DNA from: Phoronis australis
Taxonomy: Eukaryota > Animalia > Phoronida
Length of the DNA stretch: 56,944 nt
Direction: 5' to 3'
NCBI GenBank assembly: GCA_002633005.1
Contig: NMRA01000834.1
Span: forward strand, 71,436 to 128,379
Made by a program: the position numbers and the translations under genes. Shown here piece by piece: positions 12,201 through 25,400 of the stretch. The notes beneath the pieces were generated by a model. The model was not told the DNA's origin. It made no database searches and was given only the letters and a program-made list of their open reading frames with translations. The first letter of the stretch is position 1, and the number at the start of each line of letters is the position of its first letter.

Positions 12201-13677
12201 TGATAATTTGTTGTATACTTCATGAGTTTTTATCCCAAAATGAAAGAGTCCGACGCCTTTAACAACAAGGCTGTAAAGTTAGTTAAAAGGTGAGTCGCAG
12301 AATGAATAAATGGTGATTTCCGAAACATGGTTTTAGTTTGAAATGATAAAAAGTCATTTCATTCTCTTATACTGCCTAAGTTTTGGAATCAGTCACGAAA
12401 TTGAATAGTTCTACTCTTCTCTCAGAAAATTTACCATGATAGTAAATTAGTCGCTACTTATAAAAAGAAATGAAAGGTCGCTTACTACTGTTTGAAACAA
12501 ATCAATTTTGGACGGGTTGACTCTGTCCCCGACTAAAGTGATAACATTCCTTTTGCTTGTAGACGCTCTATTTGGGATGTTCGAGTGAAAGATCGGAGAT
12601 CAATTGTGTCTTTGTGTAAACTGTTTCATAATTTTACTTTAAGCAGAGACTAAACAGAAATGCAGTCTCACGCATCACTCTAGCAGATATTTATTGAATA
12701 TTTCAAACTCATGCTCTGTCCAAATAATCTAATGGCAATAATTCGATCCACTGAAAGATACCATAACTAAAGAGTCCTCTTTAAATTTCCATCTTAAGCA
12801 GTGTCCTTGAAACCGTGAACTTTCACTGTATAATCAATGACATTCGTACATGTATTTCGAAAGACCATGCTCTGTCACCTCTGAAAAAAATTGGTCAGTA
12901 TAAGGAACTTTTTGCAGACCACATCCATATAAATATGGATTATCACGTTCATAGAGCAAACTTTTTCTAAGTCTCTGCGCTCCCTGCGAGTTCGACGTGA
13001 AGAAGTACAGATTTCTCTGATAGATCGTTCTGTCAAAATTGTCTTAACTCCAGAATAGACGTGATGAAAGAATGGCCAATAAGAGAAACTTAGCATGCAT
13101 TTTACAAAAACGTGCAATCGTCAGATGTTATTCTGTTGGTTAAGACTTCAATTTTGTATTAAAGATATTAGATAGCTGACAAATTGAACAAGTCATTTTT
13201 AAATCATATTCGAAAACACGTTAAATACGACAAACCAGCTATTCTTTGTTGGTAAAAATTATGCTTATGGTTGTGAGTGACACACAGGTCACAATCCTGT
13301 TTGAGAAAAACGCATGTGAAGTATTTTGGCTGTTTCCTCTTTCTAGAAAATAGTCGTAACACAAGCCCGAAACAAAGTTGAAAGTGTTGGGTTCAAAAAG
13401 TTGAACACTGAAAAAAGAACTTTTAGCACACTCACTCATGTTCATATTGACATGACAACAAGAACTTCTCTTTGATAGGTCATGTGCCACATATAATCAA
13501 ACTGGAAATCTTTCAATAACCACACGCGTACATTTCAGCAGGCTCGCTCTCTTACTCAGATACTCCGACTCCTGTAACAGATTCTCGCTCGAGAGAATAC
13601 GATGCCGCCAGCACTTTTAAAATATCTTTTAACGGTTCTAGGAAGAAATGTTCACGTTTGCGTAAGTTACGGTGATC

Positions 13678-13910
13678 CATGCACGCACCCAGCCTAAAAA
13701 GTAGGGGGGCCCAAATTTTTGAGAATGTGGATCTTTTTACTAAAAGACGAGGTATGTTTGGAGCTGTGAATTCTGCGTACACCGAATTTCGAATTTTGGT
13801 AGTTCCTGACTTTTTAGTGGACTTTTGTCTCGTTTTCTTGGACTTTTTGTTTCTCTGAGGAGGACCTTTTTGCCACTTCGCCAAACGAGCCCCCCTGGGT
13901 TGCGCGCATG
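13678..13910. mobile_element. GC-rich TIR MITE
   Basis: CATGCACGCACCCAG...CTGGGTTGCGCGCATG. A partial related copy sits at 49025-49130. Confidence 0.7.
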
Positions 13911-14498
13911 CTGATATCCGTAAAAACTTCGCTTGTATAATTCCATGGGCTAAGTTTAGTAATATTTTAGAAAAATTGCAGAAATATAACCCTTGCTAAT
14001 AAAGGTGCACGTAGTCACCTATCTTAACTGCTGTTTGTAAAATTCAGCAGCTACGTTTGTAGTTAATGAGATGATGGCATACCTTAGCTTTTTAGGATAA
14101 TTTGATGTTTGCCTTTAGATGAAATCTGCAGTTCTTCTTCCTCTAGTGGGATTTTTTAAATATTGAGCGCTCATCCACCCCTGCCGATGAGTTACCATTG
14201 CCATGGTACCCTTGTGTGTGTATTTGATGTTCAGCTGTTGGAGATGCGCTCGACCTATTGACTAGATTGCTCCATAGGGTTTTTCTGTTCAGTAAACAAC
14301 ATTGGATGAACATACTTTAGGTTTGTATTTCCTGTTCTATTGCACCTTCTTACTCATCTCTTATTGTTTCGACATGTTTTCAAAAATAGTTTTTTTAAAA
14401 TGTCCAAAGACGTTCTTTTTGTTGATTACCGTTGTAATCCAGTGTACGTGGTACGAAAGTTCTGGATTAAAAAAGTAATGCTCTTTTCAGGAATAGTG

Positions 14499-14745
14499 AT
14501 GAAGTCGCAAAACACAGAATTCCGACACATATCTCAGAAATCGCACAGCATTTATGAACCTCCCGAACTGGCCAAACTGCTCATGCGTCCCTGGCTTGAA
14601 AAATTGTTGGACTGTGGTGGCGTTCAAGGTTTGAAATGGCTGGATAAATCTTTTGGAGTTTTTCGAATCACGTGGAAGCATTACTCACTTCGAGGATGGA
14701 CGCTGAAGGACGCAGACGTTTTCAAGCGATGGGCTATTCACACAG
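14499..14745 (+). CDS. IRF: Interferon regulatory factor (IRF1/2-like), first coding exon, N-terminal half of DNA-binding domain
   Basis: Acceptor CTCTTTTCAG at 14490, ATG at 14499. LMRPWLEKLLDCGGVQGLKWLDKSFGVFRITWKHYSLRGWTLKDADVFKRWAIHTG. Phase-1 donor G|GTAAT at 14746, the same HTG intron position as vertebrate IRF1/2. Confidence 0.93.
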
Positions 14746-15080
14746 GTAATGACATTCTCAAAAAGAGGCACACACACAGAAATTTACTTTCTACCAACCT
14801 CCTCTAATTAAAGCAGCTATAAACCCGTGTTACTTTTGATTTAGAACGCTTACAGTTATAAAATTGGTCTCGTTGCAACTTCCTCCTTGCTCTGATGAAA
14901 AGTGATTCCTGGGTTGTAAAGACAGTTCGTTTTTCCCCGAGTCCCTGCACGGCACATGAAATGACACGTGGCAACAAGACAAACCAATTTGGTAGTCAGA
15001 GCCAGATCTCAAGCAATACCGAGCTGTCAGTTCTCTGAAGTTCTGAAATCACCTCAAATTTGATTAAGGGAAAGTTGTAT

Positions 15081-15095
15081 GAAACGAAAACGAAA
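15081..15095 (+). promoter_or_regulatory. Triple-GAAA ISRE-like site in IRF intron
   Basis: GAAACGAAAACGAAA between the two DNA-binding-domain exons. Confidence 0.4.
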
Positions 15096-15287
15096 TAATC
15101 TAGAAAACTGTAACAGAGTTTTTTGAGATTTCATCTTGAACATTTGAATCAAAAAATGAATTTTGGTGGTGTTATTGGTCGTGTTGTTTTGCTATGAATG
15201 TACTTTTGCTAAACGTTACCAAAATACATGATCACGTGACCCAGCGAGGTTTCACCGGCTTCTTACAATCGCTCTGTCTCTACACAG

Positions 15288-15470
15288 GCAAATACGACCC
15301 GCACAATCTAAATCCTGCGCGATGGAAAACCAATTTTCGATGCGCACTTAACAGCCTTAGCGACGTAACACGAATTGAAGTAAAAAATAGTAGTGCCATG
15401 CGAGGAGATGGTGCTTACAGAGTCTTCAAGTTCGAGCCAAAAGGCGACAGCAAGTACTCTAACAAACAAG
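15288..15470 (+). CDS. IRF: IRF1/2-like, second coding exon, recognition helix of DNA-binding domain
   Basis: Acceptor TCTCTACACAG. (G)KYDPHNLNPARWKTNFRCALNSLSDV...GAYRVFKF. Donor AG|GTACGT. Phase 1-1, 183 bp. Confidence 0.93.
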
Positions 15471-18091
15471 GTACGTTTCCTTTTTGCATTATTAGTATAA
15501 ATCGGTATCAGCCCTTGGTTAAAACAAACTAGATTAAAACACGACTGTATTTTCTGTTGGATAGCTGCACAGACAATCACTCGTATTCTCTATAGTTTCC
15601 CAACATCAAACATTGACAAGCAAATAGAATAAAAAGTAGCTATATTTTATGAAGCGCCGAATGGTTCTTAAATGAGTACTTTTCTGGAGTTGAAATGTGC
15701 TCATTCAACTCGCATTTTTGCTTAATGAACGCGTACTATTTATTTACTTATCGAACGTGCTAAGTTGGTTCTTTAACTTAATTAGGTTAGCATAGTCCAA
15801 TCACACCCGAGCTCTCAAATCTCAAAGTGGCGGAAAAAGCAGTTTCGAAGATTGTTTATGTGAGCGCGTAAATGATGGCGCTTTTAACCTCATATAGTCA
15901 GGTTTCAATTAGGCAAAAATGACTGTTGAGGGCATTTGGGGTTAATGCAGATCTGGCAATTGATTTTAACTAATTTTGGGATGCTGAATCAAAAAAAAAA
16001 TTGCATGCCGGGTTGGATTTTGCCGGAATATCCCTCAAATCCAAGATGGCCGCCGTCGGCCATGTTGAAATTGGCAAGTCCCAATAAATGCCTTTTAAAA
16101 TGGTTATGATACATCAAACAATAGGTTTTCAGGTGTGATAAAATAGATTATGATACTATTTTCGTGATTGGGGGTCAAGGTCACTTGAAAAGGTTGAGGT
16201 CAAGTCACATTATGCCGCACATATGTGCCACTGGGAATACAGTGATGTCAAATATTTCAGGGCATCTTTACACATAAATTCAGACTGGTTTTAGGTATAA
16301 AATTTGTATGGAAAAATAAATTTTGATAACGTCATCTATAAATCTAAGAGGGCCGCCAGCCGCCATTGTGAAATTGTAATGCCTAAGGAAGTATTCTTAA
16401 CACCAAATGCATATTTCAACAGGAAATCACATGAACAGCAATTCGGGAACTCTTGCAATACTGAAAATACCCTAAGGCATAGATTGAGTACAGTAAATAA
16501 ATCTTCAATTTGGAATGAAAACGGTTGCTGAAACTGCCGTTGAAAACTGACAATGAACCATATGCTTAAGGCTTACTAAATATTTGATGTCTGCACGCCA
16601 TATGAATTGATACTGGTCAAAATGAAATTTTCCTTGACAGCCATATTGTGACTGATCAGTTGACAGTGCTTGAAGGTGTTATCCCGACAACACGTTGAAC
16701 TTTGATGCTCGGAGAATGGCTAGGACCTCAAAGCGGCAGGGCAGGAAGCTTATGGCCACACCCGCGAGCTTGCGCTAATTTTTACTTCGGTCTGAATGTT
16801 TTCAAAAGACCCACTCATTTTTCGAGTATTCCTTCGAGGCCATTTTTCACTACACCAGGATATACAACCTCAGTCGTCATCTCCCCTGGCACAAGCAGTG
16901 CAAAAGTAACCAATTGCCGATTTGAGCAACTGAATGAAGGACTTCTCGAAAAAAGTTTGATTACGGGAGTAGTTGTTCGAGTTGGAAGAAATTAAAGACA
17001 TCAACGGCCTCTAAACTGTCCCTCTATGTGCAAAGGGCAATCACAGCAACGTGACTTTGATGCTTGATTTCAATCAGTGAGACACATATTTCGCGTAAAA
17101 GCTTCCGGTGCATGAAAACCTTCTGGGAGGACCACCGTCTCTACTGCTAATGGGCGGCTCAACAAAAGGGGCTGGGGGGCTATAGCCTCCCACGTTTTTC
17201 AGTGCTGCGCCGCCCATAGTCCATAGGCGAGGCCCTACAGGGGGATGGGGGTTTTAGCCTCCACTTTTTCAGTGCTGCGCCGTCCATATTGCTAACAACA
17301 GACGGCAGCATTGTGTGTAGCCTATGCTTCACAGTGACCACTGCATCTAGCTGGCCCCAGTAGAAACAGTGAATCTGACCGATGAGCTTCATACGCCAGA
17401 AGTTTTTTTTGGCAAATAATGCCTCACACTGATTAAATCATCTAAGTCATGATGTTATAACTAAGCTTGCGCTAAACCCCTAAAGGTACTAGCCAAAATG
17501 ACTAAGGCATCTGAAAACTTTTAGCCAATTTCGAAAATTATTTGCCATATGCTTTCTTTTTTCCGTACCCCTACAATTGATAAAATTACAGTTACACGAA
17601 TTGAACTATTGTTATTCACAGATCACTTTCATAATGTTCTATAAGAAAAGATATTTGCCTTCAGAAAACACAGATGATCAACATTCCATTTTTAACAAAT
17701 TGGGCAGGGGTTCCTCCATATGAAAAGGAGAAGTTGAGTTTCAATTGAGATTCAATTGAAATTCAATAAAAAATTGAATTTCTATTGAATATGTCTATTG
17801 AATGAAAATTCAATTGGCACTACCCTCCAACCTGATTATGCCGTCAATTGAATGGCTATTGAACGGCAATTCAATTTCAGCACTGTAGAGAATTTTAGCT
17901 GTTCTGTATTGAATAGCTATTGAATTTCAGGACTTAGGGAATTTCTGGATGGTTTTATTTAACAAGTTACCATCAATTTTTATTCTAAACATGTGTTACC
18001 AATTGGTTTTCAAGGTTACATTCCTGGAAAGTGACCATTAAGCTTTTCAAACCCTTTCAAACAGTTTTGGCCCTGCATAAACTCTGCATGG

Positions 18092-18266
18092 TGTTATGTA
18101 TTGGCAATGCTACTTGTGGTTTTCCTTAGAATATAGTTTCGTGGTATTTAAGCCCACAAGCCACGTGCTCGTCCCCTTCTTGTATTAGTGAATAGACGTA
18201 TTATATTTTACTCTCATCTGTGTTGTTTTACTGGTTCTACGAACACAACATTTTGGCGACGAGGAT
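18092..18266 (+). mobile_element. Gypsy 5' LTR (18092-18250) and primer-binding site
   Basis: TGTTATGT...ACACAACA termini. TGGCGACGAGGAT (18254-66) is complementary to the 3' end of tRNA-Ser(GCU), a PBS type seen in Mag-group Gypsy. Confidence 0.75.
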
Positions 18267-19579
18267 AAAAATGGAGTCGGCTGGTTAAATATGGAATTGT
18301 TATTAAAATACGTCGTCGCGCTAAGCCTTATTACTGGTAATTTCCCTGGTGCAAGTCTTCGTCAGGTGGTCACAAATTCCCAAAAGACCTAAGGTTACTA
18401 TATTCGTGGACAATTGAGATCAAAAGGGTCAACTAACTGACAAAAAGTGTGTGGATGCTGAAGCCCCGTGTGTGCTCTATGACTACGCAGTTCCATTCAG
18501 AGACTACACAACATTACTTGGTAAGTTTTTAGCAATCAGTTTCTATCAACATCGGTCGGTGATGTTATCCACACCAGTTACCCCACTGAATAGCAGGTTT
18601 ATTGAGTGGAACTAAGTGTTTCTTTTAGGAAACTCATCCGAGGCCGGGTAGGCTAGCAGCACATATTAATATTGTCCTGGGTGGGAGTGCCCCCAAAATA
18701 AGAGGTGTATGGTACGTGACGCACAGAAGTCAAGGGTGACTTTTTTTACAGCAGTTTCTCTTCAAAACTATGCTGTTTCCAATAAAGTTTCCTTATTTTA
18801 TCGCGGACTCCACCCCCAGGACTACCAGATCAGTTATCGAATTGGTATGAATAAGCCTTAATTCAGTAAATGTCGTAACATTGCACTGGACAAAAAATTG
18901 ACACCTAGAATGAATTTTACTTGTTGAGATCAGAAGCACATTTTAAGTGTCATGAAAAATACACATTGTTAAATCACTTTTAGCCTGTTTCAGATGTTTT
19001 AATCCAGGTATTAAATAAGACTTGGGTACAAAGGTTATTAGTTTCTACACATAAACATGAAGATGAAACGTCAAGTATGTTCTGCCTTACAAAAGTAGTT
19101 TTGTCTTGTCTTTTCTTTTAAAATTTGCTAATATTTCTCCGACTATTCTGTTACAGGTGAGGGAAAACAACTGAAACCAACCGGCTGACCATCTATTTTA
19201 CCATTCGACAAAGTGAAAAGCAATCCTTCAACAATAATCTGAGAGAATTGAACGTAATTCAGAAATTCAGCATTTGATATGCCTGATTATGAACTCCGTC
19301 GCAATGTTGTTTCTTTCTGCTTTTTCAGTTTGCTATTTGTTTTTAAATACACTGATAATTGTTTATTCTCGAATCTTGTGCATAGCAGATTCTTATCCAG
19401 CTACCTACAATTGAAAACATACAACAAGACAATCGATGCAGTCATGGATTGTCATTTCCCCATAATGTGTACCAAATTGGAAAGTTTTTAACATTAGTAT
19501 AAAGCCTTTCTTCTGAAAGGAAAATTTAATGTCACTCAGCTTTTGGCTTTCGTTTCACTGGGATCTAGTTTCAATGGCC

Positions 19580-21615
19580 TATAGAAGCGCTTGTAAAAAA
19601 GGTCCAGTTTCGACACGTGGCTTTCTTTCATGTAACCTCATTCAGCCTCAATAACATCCACAATTAGACCCTTGAAGGTAAACACAACAGCATATCACTT
19701 GAATAGTTTTGAACAAAAATCAGACCCTGAACTAGACCAGAGTGTCACTAGTCTTCTTTAGCTTCAGTCCCTCGTGTTTCTTCTAGGAAAGGAAATAAGC
19801 TATTGTCCACACATGACTCATTGCCTATGAAAGGGCATCCTCACCAACAAGGCTAACTTGTGTAGCAGTCAGATATAGTTCGTCTGAATACAGAGACAGT
19901 TCACTGGCACATTGTCTTATGGTAACTTAGTACTGCAATTCACATTTCTCAAGGGCCACTGACTTGTACATTGTGCCATGCAGCACTGCTGTTGTGTGGA
20001 AGTGCTGTGGGAAGAGAACAGAGTAACAAAGCTTGTCTATGATACAGCTTGAAGTGGCCTTAAAATGTCACTGAACCTGGAACGAATATTGAAATATGAA
20101 TAATTAAGTACTCCAGATTGGGTCAAAAATGTTATCCCTGTTTTTAAAAAATATATGGTGACTGCTCTACAGTTTCACATAAAATTAAATAATTACTATT
20201 TTCAGAAACCAAGGTTGTATATAATAAGTATTTCATAAAACTTGTGACTTTATTTTTTATTCCTAGCCATAACAATTCTTTAAACGCATCACTTGTCTGC
20301 AAAATGTACAAGTTTTTTGAGAAACAACTTCAAACATTTGTTACCCATTTTCAAACCTTTTTATTTTTGATACTTTCAGCAATTTTAAACTCCGATTACA
20401 GGTTCATGGGTCTGTCAAGCATACTTCTAGTCTTAGGTTAAGGTAACCGTTTCTCAGACTTTTAATTTTTCTTCTAATAGAAGATATGAAGACTTGGGTA
20501 ATTTAAAAATGATGGATAATCTTTCTGTTGCTTAAGAGTAATTAAAAATCGTAAGGCACCATCAAAAATGTAATTTTCTCAAAAATGGCAATCATTTGAA
20601 TTTATAACGACTTGCAACATTTCAAAGCATGAGTTAAGACTATTCAATCACTGTGAATTCAGAAAATGTAATATACTGTATTTTCATGGGTTTACAATTG
20701 ATACAAGTAGCAAAACAGTTTTATGAAATCAACTTGAAGGGACTTCATGAAGCTTAAGAATTACCTCACCATGCTCTTTTCCCCAAAACATGTATTACCT
20801 GTTATTTCCTAACATTCAGTTGTACCAAATATTACAACCCCAACCCCCATGCCAATCACCCGCTAAGGACCTGAATAAGTAAATTAACAAAATGACTTAC
20901 ATACCTTTCTTTAAAAATAGCTGCTCCTTTTCAAAGGCTTTGTTCGTTGCTCCAATATTGAAAGTAGGCTTTGACAACAGATCTGCACTGGATGGGAAGA
21001 TCTTGTTGGTTAGCTGCAGTCAAAAGCTAAAAACCAATTTTTGTCCATTCAGGGACTGTGCAGAAGCTATACATATCTCCTCTGCACGGTACAAGCCCTC
21101 AAACCTGAAAACCAAAGGTTACGTGAAAACAGACGTGATAGACATCCATTTCAACGTGTAATAGATTTCCAGAAGACATATGGTATGAAGTAAACAAATA
21201 ATCTAATGCAATGGATCTTTGTCATGTACCCATTGCCATTGGGCTTGGATTGCAATCTTAACTCATTAACCTGTATCGAGTTGACAGCATAAACATTCAG
21301 CATTGATTGATGTAACTGTCACTGATAAACTGTTAGAAATCATTCCAAACAATAATAATGCTTTGACGTACGAAAAGATCCCGATTGCTACGTCAAGTAT
21401 CGTATCATATCACAACAAAGAAAGATTAACCCGACTGGCGACTGCCGCGAAGTCGACATCAGCGAGTACCTTGGTTAATAGAATAATAATGGAATAATCG
21501 TTAAAATAATCACAAACCTTACCTTTGTATAAGGTCGTGCTTACTTCCTCTCATAGAAGCACCCTTTTCACGCAATCTCAGATTCAGTTGGCACGGCTAC
21601 AAGCCATTTCACCAT
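19580..21615 (-). pseudogene. Intron-containing SAP + YqaJ (lambda-exonuclease-like) gene remnant, probably from an ISL2EU/Kolobok-type transposon (~18322-21708)
   Basis: Minus strand: LRLREKGASMRGSKHDLIQR|gtaag (SAP, 21523-21615); exon ~20900-21100; AVLHGTMYKSVALE...LVGEDA...PFLEE..LKLKK...VQG...VFTFKGLIVDVI...KLDLFYKRFY (YqaJ, ~19580-20040, frameshifted). Confidence 0.6.
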
Positions 21616-21708
21616 GTATTTAAAGGACTCGCGAAATCGAGGCTGTTTATCTAACACCACTAGTACACGCGCGCCCTCTAATTATTGTAGATTATCCGAA
21701 TAGCCTCA

Positions 21709-22465
21709 TTATTTAGTAGCAAAGAACATTACTCAGAATCTGCGCAAGAAAGCCACGCTTCTGCACTATGCGGGGAGGGAAGTCTTTGTCATAAATGATT
21801 CTCTTCCTACAGAAGAAAATGAGACATACGACCAATTGAAAAAGAAACTTTCGCCGGGGAGGCCAGAATATGAAGTTTACCAATTCCGGCAAGCCACCCA
21901 GACCACGTCTGAGACGTTAGACATGTTTTGCGCTCGGTTACGGATGTTTGCGAAACATTGCGATTTCGCCGACATTAATCGGGAGATCAAATCACAGATT
22001 ATTCAGAAGACTACGATGGAGAAAGTGCGCCATAAAGGACTCACAGAACCTACGATTAGCGTTGCCGATTTATTAACTTATGGTTGATATGTACCCTATT
22101 CTACGAATAGACAATTTATTTACCAAACTTGCCAGTGGTCATATTTATTCTAAGCTGGCCTTAAGTCACGCATATCAACAGTTGGAGCTAGCTGAACCTT
22201 CGCAAAAGTTAACTACTCTCAACACTCTGAGCCATGGATTACTAGCTTATACCCGCGTTCCGTTCGGGATATCTTCTGCCCCCATGAAACAGATAGTGCA
22301 AGGTATTCCTATGTGCACTGTGTATCTAGACGACATGTTGGTGGCTGGTCGTAACGCGGCTGAGCATAAAGCCAACCTGGAACAGGTTTTGGAACGCCTG
22401 AAAGACGGTTTTCGTTTTAAGTCGGTCACTTACTTTGGACACCATCTGGACGGGGCAGGCACCAC
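21709..22465 (+). pseudogene. Gypsy (Mag-like) gag fragment fused to RT fragment
   Basis: YLVAKNIT..RKKATLLHYAG..YEVYQFRQATQ..ETLDMFCARLR..HCDF..EIKSQII; YPILRIDNLF..YSKL.LSHAYQQL..PFGISSAP..YLDDMLV..VTYFGH. Confidence 0.88.
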
Positions 22466-25400
22466 CAGGAAGAGATAACCAGGAAGGGACAACTGTTAGC
22501 GCATTTTAACGTGTTTTCAAAAGTGATTTCAAAAGTAAATGTTAAAGTCGTCTGGAATCCAAGCATTCTGTTTGAAAGCTTAACTCTTTAGTTATAAAGT
22601 GACACCACTTTGGTCCCCAAAGACTGCATATTAATGGCACTAGGATGCTTTGAACATGACTTGTTTTACCCTTCCAAAAGATGCCTCTTCCCAGGCATGT
22701 ACTCGGGCATGATCCTCTTTTTGAACCAACAGATGTCACTAATATATGCAAATGAGGCTCGAATCTCCTACGTCATATGACGTCATACGACGTCATACGA
22801 CGCGAACTTCCAATCTGAACCCTTAGGTGCCTATAGTAAATGACTTGAAACGCAGTTCTACCTGATTGGGCAGATCTAAGAAAATTAAGAACTCACACAA
22901 GTCAATGTTCCAAGAACATTGAATGGTTTCACATGAAAATACATTTAATTGTATTTGGATACGCTTGCATGTGTGTAAGCGTGGACTTTGTCATTTTGCT
23001 TAATCCAGATTTAGAAGCAGGTGTTAGTTTAGAAATTAGCTGCTCCCGCCACGGTGGCCGGTGTCGTGCCGTCCGAGTCGCCGGGAAGTCTTTTCCATGC
23101 ATGCGCAATTCGACGAACTAATGCTAGTCGCTGGTCAGCTCCGCTATGATTTATGCGCAATTCGACGAACTAATGCTAGTCGCTGGTCAGCTCCGCTATG
23201 ATTCATTTGAGACGTTCGGCTTAACTCGAACCTATACCCGTGTTCTGGCTCCAAGGTTCGACTTGTTTTTTGACCCAGTTTCGGGAAAAGTTCATTTTAA
23301 TACGGTCATTTCCTGAAGATTTTTTGAAAGATATGATCCCGAAATCCTTGGCCTATAGAGCTGTATCAAAATTCGTTGTTGAAACACGGCCACTGGTCCA
23401 GGTAAAATGCTATGGAACGCGTGTCCCCAAAATGCACACACTTCAACCCCTGCAGTTCAAGTTCTTTTCCCGTCAATCACTGTGCGCGGATTCTACGCGG
23501 GCAGCCTACTTCATGACTACACCTTGTTTTTAACGTGGGTGCGTCACTGAGTCACGACGTGTCCAGCCTTTGCAGTATGCACGGGAATGTCAAGCAAACG
23601 ATTCGGTTTAGAAGAACCTAAATTCATTGCACAATACTACTGGGAACTACAAGCATCAAGGAAATGCAAAGTCAATCTTTCCAAATTTATGAGCAATGAC
23701 TTGAACTTCTTTTTCGATCCGATCTACGGTTTGTAAATTTTTTAATTTCTTTAGTCTAGTTTTTAATTCAATACATTCATGAATATCACTGTTATCGTTT
23801 AGTGTCATTCTTTGCGACATGGTGGTCTCATGGTGGATCGAATTTTTGCAAGTCAGCCTTCAGCCTTCAACTAAGTTCAGTGACGCATCGCCATTTCTTA
23901 CAAGACAGCTTCTGTGCTGTGCACGAATGTTTTGTGTTTTTGATGAATTTTTAATCTCAACTTCCCCTCGTGAGTAGTTGGCAGTGTCATGTCGGAGGTG
24001 TGTAGAGGGCGCAGCACTGAAAAAAGTGGGGCTAAAGCCCCCTCAGCCCCCCTGTAGTGCACCGCCAATGGACCACTGAAAAACTTGGACTGAAGTAATA
24101 CGCTCCGCAAAATTTTTGCTTTACAAATTTTCTCGAATTTTCGAAATACATGCATGAATGATTAAATGCACATTTTCAAGAGCGCTTAGACGACCTATGC
24201 TACAAAAAACGGAGTCCCTAACAACAATTGTCCTGGTCAGGGCCCTCAAATGGTAAACCATACAATGATACCGAGTTGTCAAAGTTATCTTGAGTTTTCT
24301 CTCTGATCAGTATTCGAAGTCTTTCTTTTTTGTTTTTCCCCAGCCGCACACCTTTGTCGGTTGCCATGGTTTAATCCTGATCAGGCATGCAATTTTTTTG
24401 GGGTGGCACTCGCCCTCCCCCCGCTTACTAAGGTCCTGATGCAAGGAGTCCATCTTTGGTCCAAGGTCAATGTTGTGTTTCAACACGCACTCGTTGTATA
24501 GCTTGAGCATTAAATTAAAGGTTTAAGAAATACAGGAGCAGTTTTGCGCATTTAATTGTGAGTGTAAAAGGGTTTATGGATTCGTACTGAATTTGTTGCT
24601 GCAACTTGTCTCATGGGCCTGTACCCGGCACGTGACCACAAATGTGGACACTAATTCGGCTATTGCGCAAGTCGACTGTAGCAAGGTGGCCAGTGAAAAT
24701 GTAAGGCAGCACCAGGCCAGTGGGCGTGTGTGACAACTCGGATTTCTAGTCTCTTATTATGAAAACCATTGAAGGCAATTATCAGCACCTGCAAACAAGA
24801 ATTTTGAAGTATGGAGAATTTCAACAGGAGTTAGCTGTAGACTTAGTCGCGAAGCTGCCGACATTCCAGCCACGGTTACTGCCGGTCCTTCGAAGCAATT
24901 ATAGCACATATATATATACGAATCTTTAAGAATGGCAAGGGTGCGTTTTGTGTTGACGGAAATGTCCATGGCGTCGAGGAATCTGAGGCATTTTATGATG
25001 AACAACTGTTGTGGCTTAATTTGGAAAAACACTTAGCAAAACTAACTTCCAGGTATGCATACTGTGGCGGAATTAAAAAATACGATTATGGTAGTGCTAA
25101 TTGTAGCTGAGCCACAAAGTGTGCTAAAATGGTAGAAAATTAGACATACCGTTTCTGTAGCAGATAAAAGGTTGATTGGCGCAGGAGAAGGCCGATGTCT
25201 TCAATACTCAGAAAAATTTCGGCAGGCAAGAGACTTGCCAAGAAAATGGCACAGTTGAATCCGGGCATTCTAAAGGAAAGAACTGCAGCCAATTCTAGTT
25301 ATTCGGTGCAACTTCTCTCACCCGACGGCGTTGTTTCACGATACCGCAACCTCAAACAACGTCAAAAAAAAAACGAAACGCGAAGGGTGAGATATTACAG

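Noticed and set aside
14340-14498. N-terminal part of the 155-aa ORF as coding
   Set aside because: It starts at TTG and runs through a clear splice acceptor at 14490, so it is intronic read-through.
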